From NCBI RefSeq assembly GCF_035594765.1, contig NC_085846.1, positions 30,615,190-30,679,189 on the forward strand: a stretch of DNA of 64,000 nucleotides, read 5' to 3'. Positions 35,253-46,345 of the stretch are shown here, in pieces (position 1 is the first letter of the stretch; the number at the start of each line of letters is the position of its first letter). Both the position numbers and the translations under genes were made by a program. The notes under the pieces are model-generated. The model was not told the origin of the DNA and did no database searches. It worked only from the letters and a program-made list of their open reading frames with translations. This stretch comes from Anolis carolinensis. Its lineage: Eukaryota.

Positions 35253-36384
35253 TAATGATGGTAAACTCTCAGAACTCCATATAGATTAAGTACAGTGGCA
35301 TCTTAACAATCCACACCCTTTTTCCTTTCCAAAGAAGGAGACTGCACATAACATTGAAAAAGACGCAACAGAGACAGCTCTTTGGATGTATCCAGATCAC
35401 TTACTTGTCAGGCTGTTAGTAATATCATCTGCTGCACTGTATATATACGCAGCCCCAGTGTTCTGATACACGCTGGGACTGTAGATACACTCTATTCTAC
35501 ATACAACTCGGAGCCGATCAGAGAGAGAAATTATTTGGAAATCAGAATAAAGCAGTCTTCAAATCTGTTTTGCATACTTATCAATGGAATCTGACCATCA
35601 GGCAATACGGAAGACACATCTTTGTGAGACATCAACTGTGTAGACCTTTGAGGCCCACTACCGAATCAATTTTACCACATTAATAGACCAATCATGATGC
35701 TATCCTTTTTGATGTAACTCAAAAACTTCGAAGCTAGATACAGAAGAAGCAGGCTTGATAAATGTTTCGGCCATTGCTTCCTGAATATCACTTATGTGTT
35801 GTCTGAAAGCAATACAATAAGCATCTACATTGGCTTCACCTTCAAGAATGGATCAAGACAGATGCTGAGAAAAATATTGGCCAGCTCTTTCAAAGTGAGA
35901 CAAGATGAAATCATTGTGAGTTAAACCATAGAAAAAAAAGTGGAATTGTAGGGTAGCAGCTGCACAAATTGAGTTGCTTCAGCTTTATGCTTTTTCCTCC
36001 ACTTTGCAATTACATTATGGTGTTATTTATATGTGACATGATCGTCATTATCATCACCACCACCATCACCAATCTGTTTAAAGGATGTTTGACGCCAAAT
36101 GGTAATGTGGAAGTCATTTAAAAATATGTGAAAGTGTAGGCTCCCTCTCTGCACATGTTGCTATGCATTTGGAATTGAAGAGTGTAGAAATAAGATGCTA
36201 GTTACAGAGTATGGGTTCTTGGTAGGGAACTTCTATAGCTTTTTTTCTAGAACGGGATGAGCAACTGTGCAGAGGACATTCTTCCTGTGTGCATGTGCCA
36301 CTGGTGGGCTGCATCAAGTGTGCTTTGGTACCTCTCAAGTCATCTAGTACAGGCAGTCCCCGAGTTACGAACAATTCAATGTTA

Positions 36385-36765
36385 ATTTTTATTTATCATG
36401 TCAGAATCGAGGGCACAGTTGTAATGTATTTGAAAATGCCAACACAGTTTAAAAACTTGGCATTATACTAAAAATCCTTTAACCAGTAGCTGGCCACTTG
36501 GACTGCCTCTGGTGTTGCTATTAGAAGGTCCTCCACTGTGCATGTGGCAGGACTCAGGCTGCATCGTAATAGGTGGTCTGTGGTTTGTTCTTCTCTACAC
36601 TTGCATGTTGTGGACTCCACTTTGTGGCCCCATTTCTTAAGGTTGGCTCTGCATCTTGTGGTGCCAGAGCGCAATCTGTTCAGCGCCTTCCAAGTCGCCC
36701 AGTCTTCTGTGTTTCCAGGGGGATGTTTCTCATTCTGTATCAGCCATGAATTGAGGTTCTGGGTG
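36385..36765 (-). mobile_element. Vingi non-LTR retrotransposon 3' fragment
   Basis: ORF 36468..36674: RSGTTRCRANLKKWGHK..TTCKCREEQTTDHLLRC (CxC..H..C knuckle), then a short 3' UTR ending tctgacatgataaataaa. Confidence 0.75.
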
Positions 36766-38660
36766 AACTAGGGGGAGCACACTGCCCCATTATGAGGTGG
36801 TTTAGACAGTTTGGGGATAGTTTTTCAATAAAATAAATTCACCCACCCAAAAGCCCTGTGGGCTCTGATAGGCTTCTGGTGAACTTAGGGGCTGCACTTA
36901 CAGGCCTATGGGATGCAGGTTGTCAAACGATTGCATTTTGCCCAACCTATTCCACAGAAACACAGAAACCCAAGAAAAACTCACAAGAGGAACTTTTAAC
37001 TGCAAATGCAAGGCAAGAATGTGAATGTGAGTGCTCATATGGCAACACTGATGGACTCCCCTTAATCCAAACACAATACTGATCTACGCCTGTAACAATA
37101 TATTCAGCAGGCCTGTGGTGGAGACCCTTTTTTCAATAGTGTAACAATTTTTAATATATTTTCGTGGGCTGAATATAGAAAACACACAGTTATTTTACAA
37201 ATTTAATATTGTAAATTAATTCAGTTTTGATTAAGTGCAGATGCTGATGTTCCAGCATGACTTCTATTAGTGGTTTTGAATGGATTTTTGTCTATCAGCA
37301 AATTAAAAAGTGTTTGGGAAATCTAATTGAATACTTTAACTTCTTTTGTACTGTTCCTTCCGCAAAAAAATCTGAGCCATATATTATGAGAGAAAAACAC
37401 CAAAGCAGGTCACGGGGGAAATGTACATGATAGAGCAAATCTAGGGTCATCTTTGGATTTAGAAGGCCCAATTCTCATAAAAGCAGAAACATTTAAATAA
37501 AAAATGTGTGACCCTCAATTTTGCAAGCTTGTGTGATCAAAAAGAAATGAATGGCATCTGCAATTTGTTTTGTCCTTTAGCCGTATCTACAAGTAGTCTC
37601 CACCTACATGTTTTGAGCACCAGGATAGTTGTTTCTTGAAACTGAGCCATGATGTAAAGCTTTAAAAAACTCCAATTGCAGCTAACTGGAACACTGAGTA
37701 CAAAACATACAGAAACTTCCTGAAAGACCAACCTAGCAATTATGCCTAATTCATTCTTGCCACAAAATCTCTTATCTGTCATCTCAAGGAACTACTTGGA
37801 TATAATAATGAAGCAGGCAGGTTTTTATCCTATAGATGGGTGATGGTGCTCAGTACGGTCATTTGACTCAAGCTTAATAATCTGTCAGCTGAAAGGGAAG
37901 ATAAAGTTGGCTGCTATATTCCGGTAGTTCTTTTTAAAAATTAGTCTAGTTATCATTAGAAGGGAATTGCTCATAATGAGGAGTGTCCAATTTTCTCCAA
38001 AACGCTACCGCTAAATTAGATAGCATTTTGATTAGACAGGTGGAACTGAGAATATCTTTTACAGACACCAAGGAGTTGTCAGAGATAGAAGGAAATGCAA
38101 ACTAAAGTTTTTATATAAGAGATTTCTTCTACACTTGCCATTTATGTACTGATGGAAGTGAATATTTCAATGCTTCTTGACCCAAATACACATTGATGTC
38201 AAACTGTTATAATTCTACAGCATAGATCCATCCTTATCCTTCAAATAGAGGATGCTATTTGTTAGCAGACCTAATAACATTTTTTCAACCCTTAAAACCA
38301 TTGATGTGTTAGACTGTTAATTTTGTTGAACTACTGATATCATGTTGCACTTATAATTATGATTACTTATTTATTTCAACTCTTGCGTTGTCTATACTGT
38401 GTGATCCATTTTGAGTGTGATGTGTTTACCTGTGGAATGTGAATAAATTGCTATGGCTATTATTTGGACCAATTTTGATCTGACATCAGTTTTGAAGGGC
38501 AAATAGTCCTGGTCAGTCTTTATACGTAAATGATTATTGTTGACATGGGAATGTCTAGAAGTAAGGCAAAGAATACACCTGGTCACCTTTAAAATGGTTA
38601 ACACTGGTTTTTGAAGTATATATTTACAGGGATTAAGGTGTCATGACCCCCATGAAAGTG

Positions 38661-39230
38661 CTAGTCCTGAGGGTTAGGCAGCAAATTCAAGCTCTTCAGG
38701 AACTGATTCCCCTCTTTTGCCAAGCTGGATGAACCATTCCAGGATAGGGGAATGGTAGTGATGAAGACAGAGAGGAGATTAAGAAGGATGCCCACACAGG
38801 AGAGAGGATTGAAGATTCCTGTCTCTGGCTTCTTTGGTGGAGAAAACCAGAAACAATATGAGATGAAAGCCAGAGCTGCTGTCTGTAAGACAACTGAGAG
38901 GGTCATCAAAAACTGAGCCACCACCATTCCAGTTGGGATGGAATTCTCTAGTTTGCTGAATTCTACGCAATGTGTGTTGACATATTGGTCATCAAGAGCA
39001 TGGTGCTGAAAACGGACTTTCCATAATCCAATCTTAACCACTTGGATACCTAGGAAGTTTTCCACCTGCCAGATTTGCCATTGTTGGCTTTTTCAGCCCA
39101 AAATGCAAAAGACCCAGCCGACAACGGCAAGGAGGAACCCCAGTGACTGATAATAGGGGACTCGAAACCACTTGGCGATGAGGTCCTTCTTCTCTCTCCA
39201 CCCAGATCTCTCCATGGACTGCTTGTCCAT
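38661..39230 (-). pseudogene. Claudin-34-like pseudogene
   Basis: In-frame ORFs 39093..39299 and 38661..39065 join through TGA at codon 46: QSLGFLLAVVGWVFCILG*KSQQWQIWQ..GLWKVRFQHH..THC..AQFLMTLSVVL..IPLSWN..EGNQF..P. Claudin W..GLW-x2-C motif has C>R (CGT, 39012-39014); TAG before TM4. Confidence 0.78.
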
Positions 39231-40508
39231 GATGCAGGTTGGCTGAAAGACAAGAAAATAAGGAGTTATGTACACATGAGTCCTGTCCTGTGGCAACATC
39301 TGCTAAAGTAAACCTCGCAAGGAGTTAGATCCTGAGCTTGTATGGAAAGAGGAGACTTCTTTTAGGGACAGACCCTCAAAGATGGAATCAGGAGAGGAAA
39401 CGGAGGGTGTCTGTGTTTTCAGTGTTTCATCGGTAGAAAGTCAAAAAAGAGATGACTTTTCGATAAAAGCAGGTTGGAAGGTCACATCTTACCCCTTTCA
39501 AGCAATTGATGGAACTACTAAATACCTATTTGTTGCCTCTGTTGACTTAGCAGCAGCTTTTGACTCAATAAAAACCAGTTGTGGCTTAAACTGGTTAACA
39601 TCAATATGGTTAAGTGCCTACTAAAGTGGAAGTGGTTGTGTTCAACTCTATAGCTCTCCGAATGCTGAATGTGAATCCTCAATGTTTAGATGGGCAAATC
39701 AAAGGAAAGTGACAAAAATGGATCAGAGGTATCTCACTGATGTGAGGAAGAAGAGGAAAATGGCAGTCCAAAGATCCTGCAGCGCCCTAATTCAGAAAGT
39801 AAAGACAAACTGTTCAAGAAAATAAAGCTACCATCAATAATCCCTTCAGGAAGAAGGAAAGGCTTTTCCAGCAGAGTGATCTCAGACCAGAGAAGACAGG
39901 AAGATCTTCAGAGATCCTTCTGCTTTAGTCCTGATCTGAGAAATGAAGAAGCTGGTGATGTTTCGAATGGGTTGCTCTGGCGACGGCACTGGAGGGTTCC
40001 AGAGTAGTTTAGAACCTAACCAGCAACCAGCTCAAAGGCCAATTCTAGAACTCTCAAAGATGTGAAACTGGATGTTGGCAGATCCCCTTCCCTGGTTTCT
40101 ACCTTCCTGACAAGAAAGACCTTGGATAGTGAGTCGCTCTCATTTTGTTTCTTGGTGTCCTGGTGTTTAGGCCTGTTCCTGTGGTTAATTGGGGCACCAA
40201 TCCAGAAAACGACATTGGATAGACCGCATCTGCTCTAGTTTCTTAGATATGGTTATCATGATTTTCTATAGTAAATGGCATATGTTCTGTATCTCAAATA
40301 CTAGAGCTGATAGGGAAAACTGGTGTCATTTTTGGAATCAGCTGGTCAAATATACAGTACTCCGAAACAAGGCTTACATTTGAAGCATCAAAATGTGCAT
40401 TGGCCAGTATAATCTAAAGCTCATCCTGTCCATTATCAGGTGTCTCGTCAATGGGCGATACTGTCCCAGCTTCTCCTGGCCACGTGTTTCAGCAAGAAGC
40501 TTCTAGAT

Positions 40509-40728
40509 CAGGCATGGGCAAACTTCAGCACCCTAGGTGTTTTGGACTTCAACTCCCACAATTCCTAACAGCCTCAGGCCCCATCTTTTCTCCCCCTCAG
40601 CCACTTAAGCTTTGGAGCAGAGTTCTTCTGATGCTCAATGTGTTGTCGAAGGCTTTCATGGCCGGCTGTTAGGAATTGTGGGAGTTGAAGTCCAAAACAC
40701 CTGGAGGGCCGAAGTTTGCCCATGCCTG
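40509..40728. mobile_element. hAT MITE halves (TIR caggcatgggcaaact) joined around a Penelope scrap
   Basis: Arms 40509-40573 and 40663-40728 are inverted; flanks ttctagat/ctttaaag do not form a TSD. Confidence 0.7.
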
Positions 40729-40824
40729 CTTTAAAGCAAAAGCCGAATGGCCACCTGTTGACTGTGTGAATCCTAGAGTGGGGCTTTCTCCCATACTAGG
40801 ATCCTATGACTCCTTAGGAAACCT

Positions 40825-41047
40825 TTCGGGTTTCCTAGCAGTTCAAATACATGCAAATGTGAGTAGATCAATAGGTACTGCTCCAGCAGGAAGGTAATGG
40901 TGATCCATGGAGTCATGCCAGCCACATGACCTTGGAGGTGTCTATGGACAATGCTGGCTCTTCAGCTTAGAAATGAAGATGAGCGCCAACCCACAGAGTC
41001 GGACACGACTAGACTTAATACCAGGGGGAAACCTTTACCTTTTACTT
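40825..41047 (+). mobile_element. 5'-truncated Sauria SINE
   Basis: ctagcagttcaaatacatgcaaatgtgagtagatcaatagg..acctttacctttt. Confidence 0.88.
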
Positions 41048-41607
41048 ATATTTATTTATTCTGTATGACACCTTTTCCCTTCTAAAAATGCTCCAAAGTA
41101 GACCATAAGCATTAAAATAGCAACAATTTAGAAAATGCTGTTAAAAACTAGAAGTTGTGCTATATTGATTTTAGTATTAGCATTATTGTTAGGATACTAT
41201 CTTTTATTTTTGATATTACTATTAATTTATACTGTATACCACTTTTTCCCTCTTAAAATATTCCAAAGTAGACTATAAGCATTAAAATAGAATTAAACCT
41301 ACAAAGGAATCATTAAAACAAATTTAAAAGACATGAAACATTACACGACACAGATTAATGGTACAAGATACACAAGTGCAAACAAGAGATTTTTATTTCA
41401 TTAATACTCATATCTATATCTTCCAACTCTATTATCCTGTTCTGGATACAACAAATTGAATGATTCTTCTTCAACAAGAAGTCCATTATCTTTGCTATTT
41501 AATATCTCCATGGCTCTCTTCTTCCACTCCCAAGGCATTTTTTTTGGGGGGGGGGGGGATACTGTTTGTGCTTACACTTGAAAATTACCTAGGGCCGGCG
41601 CTGAATA

Positions 41608-41985
41608 CAGGCAGTCCCCAAGTTAAAAACATCTGATTTATAAATGACTCATAGCCAATAATGGGGATGAGACAACAAGAAGTGAGAGAAATCTACCTCT
41701 TGGAGGGGAAATTCACTCCTGAAAGATTTATTATCATGGGGGAAAGGTGTCTCCACTGAAACTTTGTCACCAGTTCTTGTTTCCACAACAAGCTACATTT
41801 TTCAAAATCCAATTCTCACAGGGACAGAAAGTGAGGTGAAATCATCTGAACAGAGAGGCACAGACAGCAAAGCAAACATCACAGGGGTTTTGACTCTTCC
41901 CTATGCTATCCAAAGCTAAAATATCTATATTTTTGGTAGGAGTGACACTAATAAAATGTCCCTGTTCCAATTGCATACAAACGTG
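41608..41985. mobile_element. Tigger/mariner-type MITE fragment
   Basis: TA|caggcagtccccaagtta terminus, also seen at 36349. Confidence 0.55.
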
Positions 41986-42587
41986 GAAGGCTGATTTACC
42001 ATTTTTTTCACTTGCAAACCAGAGGTAGAGAAACTGAGACCTGTGGGTCACATTCAACAGCCAGGACCACTTTTGGTGCACTACTCACCTGCTCAACCTT
42101 TAAAAAAACACTTTCTCTTTGTGCTAATGCCTTGTTTCTTTTTAAAGGTGATTTCTGGTTAGAAAAACACTTTCTCCTTTGCCTAAAGTGGCTCACAATG
42201 TCACAAATGTGTCAGAATCCCCCCATGCCTCTTATTTGCAAAAAAGCGCAGGGCTTGTAAACAGCAAAAGATTGATCACTTAAGGTATTAATAGTAACTT
42301 TTTAAACTTGTATACACTTGTGTTTTTATCTCAACCCATTTTCATTTTTGTAAGATACCTTTTGGGAAAAGTGTTGTAAGTGAATACATAATCACCACCA
42401 CCATCAGAATTAAGATGGGCGACACTAACTACTTCATTACACTAGAGCTTGGTTCCAACTTTAAATTCACTTTGAGAAGGGGCCTTTAAGCGACTCAGCC
42501 AGACAGGTCCTGGGCCTCACCAAACTACAAACCCCAGAATTCTGCAGGAGGCAGAAACTGGATTTAAAGTGGATTCATGCTCTAGCG

Positions 42588-43297
42588 CAGGGGTCCTCAA
42601 ACTTTTTAAACTGAGGGCCGGTCCACAATCCTTCAGACTGTTGAGGGGCCGGATTATCATTTGAAAAAAAAATACAAACAAATTCCGATGCACACTGCAC
42701 ATGTCTTATTTGTAGTGCAAAAACAACAACAACAAGAAGAACAATGAAAGAACAATACAATATTTAAAAATAAAAACAATTTTAACCAACATACATTTAT
42801 CAGGATTTCAATGGGAAGTGTGCTCCTGCTTCTGGCTAATGAGATAGTCAAGTTAATTAGGATTGTTGTTGTTGTTGTGTGCCTCCAAGTCATTTCAGAA
42901 TTTGGGTGAGTCTAAAATGTATTTATTTATTATTTATTTATTTACTGCATTTATTTACTACATTTGTATCACACCCTTCTCACCCCAAAGGGGACTCAGA
43001 GTGGCTTACAAATTATATGTACATACAATATATTATATTATTAGCATAGCACAATATTAGCATTATATATTACTATATTGAACTATACTGTAATATTAGT
43101 AATATTATATGCAATATAGAATATATAATTAATATTATTATATGGTATTATTATTAGTGCTATATTGTATTGCATTATAATATTATCATTATTATATGTA
43201 TATACAATATATTATATTATAAAACTGAGGGCGGGGGCCAGGTAAATGACCTCAGAGGGCCGCATCTGGCCCCCGGGCCTTAGTTTGGGGACCCCTG
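42588..43297. mobile_element. Non-autonomous hAT (Charlie/OC1-like TIR) nested in another MITE
   Basis: TIR caggggtcctcaaact / agtttggggacccctg; perfect 8-bp TSD ctctagcg (42580-42587, 43298-43305). Confidence 0.92.
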
Positions 43298-43821
43298 CTC
43301 TAGCGTGATGAGGCAGTTAGTCTTCTTGCCTAGTTTTGGAATGACTTCTTTAAGAAGTAACCAAATGTCTCCTGCCATTTGTTAAAATCTTTCAGATTCT
43401 AATTTTTTTATCTTGCTGTTCTGTATCCATTTTATACCTACTAGTTATGCAATTTAATATTCTTATTGTTCTTTAGCTCTACATACCCACATTGGAAGGA
43501 GAGACTATGTAATTTAACTTTACTTAAATAATTTTCTCATTAGGCATCTCCTTATGAAAAATTATCCAGATCTAGCTAGCTATAATGTAGAGAGACAGCA
43601 TGTGAAACCTTCAATGTTATTATTTCCAAGTGTATAAGGATCTTGAAAGCTATAACCCAAAACTGTAGCTGCTATAAACTCTGCAATACCTATGTTGTGA
43701 TCATCCACAGTCCTGCTACCACTTAACTAAATGTGTCTTGGTTGCTATCAAGAATAGGCAGTAAATGTTCTTTTGGTGAGGAAAAAAAAGACAATATGAA
43801 AAGATTTTGAGGAAAAAAATG

Positions 43822-43827
43822 TTTATT
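43822..43827 (-). terminator. FTSJ3: Probable FTSJ3 polyadenylation signal
   Basis: AATAAA on - about 265 nt past the stop codon, followed by U-rich downstream tracts. Confidence 0.55.
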
Positions 43828-44092
43828 AAACACAAATGAGAAAGGCAGAAACCCTGAAGGGAAGCCATTGGTGAAGGATACCTGAGGATAGAAGTGGACG
43901 TGAAAGGCAAAAAAATTGCCAGTATCTGTACAGCTCACACCAAAGCCACCAAAGACTATATGAGTTTTAGAAAAATCCTTGTACTTTCACATCTGGTCCA
44001 TCAATTGTTTGCTGAGTCCAGTATGATTATATATTTCAGAATATCATGTGATCATGGCAGTCAGGAGAAGTCTACTCTCCTATGACAACAGT

Positions 44093-44288
44093 TTATTTCT
44101 TCCTCCGATGTTTTGTCTTCTGTTCCTTGCGTTTCTGGGCTCTCATGTCTTTCTTGAGACGGCTGTCCACTACTTTGAAATGACCTTTGACTCCCGCAGG
44201 GCGCCTTACCTTCCGGCCAGCACCTTTCTTGGACACAACGTAAGTCACTTTCCGTTTCTCTTTTCCTAACCCTGCCTTCTTGTAGATG
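44093..44288 (-). CDS. FTSJ3: FTSJ3 last coding exon
   Basis: ccaacag| (S)[64 protein letters not shown]. Confidence 0.96.
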
Positions 44289-46298
44289 CTGTTGGGGAGA
44301 AAAGTTAAGTGAAACATTTCTATTTATAGCCATTCATCAAACTCAATTTATTAATGTAGGAATCTACTCCATAGTCCTGATTCCTAGTCACCTTCTTTCC
44401 CTTCTAAACACTTCACTTTTCTGACATTCTAATACTCATTTTAATCTGATTAACTCTTCCAGGACTATGCTTTGTCTCTTATATGAAACTTGGCTCCCAG
44501 GAACCTGGCCTTCAGCTATAAAATCATGTTTATCAAAAAGCCAGAAAATGGACTGATATAACTGAAGAAGAAGCTAAGCGGGTCTAGGCTTAGCCAGTAT
44601 TTGGATGACTGGCTCATTTCATTAAAGCAGAGCTTGTCTTGTGACCAGTGTAATGTAGCAGTGAATGGATTCAATAGTCAAAACACTTTCAGCATAGCAC
44701 AAATGTATGCCACCATACGTAATACCAGGTCCTACACAGTTGTGTAACAATCACATGGCTATACAGTCAATATTTTCCCATCCAACAAGTCACAAGTGAA
44801 AGATAGAACTGTGTGCGCAGGAGATTCTTCGTTATGAAACTGAAAAACTTTTTCATTGGCTGGAACCTCTATGGAACAACACACACAAAACTGTTTTGCT
44901 ATTATCTGTAATCTAACTGAAATCTAACTGCGAGCATTAAATGGGACTACATTTAACTGGATCGTATTGCCCTGGTGGCACAGTGTGTTAAAGCACTGAG
45001 CTGCTGAACTTGCAGACCGAAAGGTCCAAGGTTCAAATCCCGGAAGTGGAGTGAGCGCCCGCAGTTGCTCCAGTTTCTGCCAACCCAGCATTTAGAAAAC
45101 ATGCTAATGTGAGTAGATCAATAGGTACCGCTCCGTAATGGCGCTCCATGCAGTCATGCTGGCCACATGTCTACGGACAACGCCGGCTCTTTGGCTTAGA
45201 AATGGAGATGAGCACCAACCCCCAGAGTCAGACATGACTGGACTTAACGTCAGGGGAAACCTTTACCTTTACCTTTTATTGCCCGCATTAACAAGAGCAG
45301 GTTTGATTATGTTTTTTAATGTTTTACATGGCCTAATTATTTATGAGCAATATTTTTTACTTATACTTAACATGTCTACTGTTATTTATTCTTTCCTATG
45401 TATTATGATTTGTTTTTACTTCTGTTGATTTAATTTTCCCTGAATTGCTGTGTGTTTATTATTATTGATATTATCTTTCCTGTTGTAAGTTGCGCTAAAT
45501 CCCCTTGGGAAGAGGGGGTGGGATATAAATAAAGCATCATCATCATCATTATTATTCAACAACCATCTCCAAGATATTAAGGATGGCTATCACACCATCC
45601 CTTTACTGTCTTTTTGCCAGATGACACTTAGCTGGTTGCTTCAGCTTTCCTCCATGCAAACAATTGTAATACATAATATACGAGGGTGGGTCAAAAAGTA
45701 ATGCCTCTATCGCTCTAACTTTTATTTCTTTCACAACTACTGGACTATCTATGCATGATATGATAGAGGTGACCTTACTCTGCTGATATAGTCTTTTATT
45801 TTTCCGATTGACTGATTAGAATCATGAATCTGAAGCTAAAAGAAAGAGTAGTCATTGAATTTCTGGCAAAAGAAGGTCGTGAACCCAAGGAAATCAGTAA
45901 GCGTTTGAAGAATGTTTATGATTTGGCCCTTTTTGACTTTGACCTGTTTGGACCTCTGAAAAACATCTGTGAGGTCAGAATCAATGACTTGAATGATGTT
46001 AAAACAGCTTTAAATTCATAGGTCATGAAGCAAAATTCTGCATTTTTCCAGAATGGTTTTGATGCCTGGGTTAAATGATGGTGCACATGTGTACAAATTG
46101 ATGGTGACTATGTTGAATGGTAGTTTTGCCTAGAGGACAGTTCAGGCTATGATCTGTATTTTAAGATGTTTTTAATTACTTGTTCTGTTATGCATTTTAA
46201 TTTTGTATTTTATATTGTGTTTTAACTGTATGTATAAATCTTGTTCTCTGGGCGGGGTCCCTTTGGGGAGATGGAGGCAGGTTATAAGAAATAAATAA

Positions 46299-46345
<47 letters not shown>

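Noticed and set aside
39093-39095. In-frame TGA in the claudin-like ORF as selenocysteine or read-through
   Set aside because: Further lesions (C>R in the signature motif, TAG before TM4) and no evident SECIS; pseudogenisation is the simpler explanation
39500-40130. Purine-rich, coding-looking stretch upstream of the claudin pseudogene
   Set aside because: Frames checked hit stops quickly; the only recognisable piece (LFVASVDLAAAFDSI) is a LINE RT scrap
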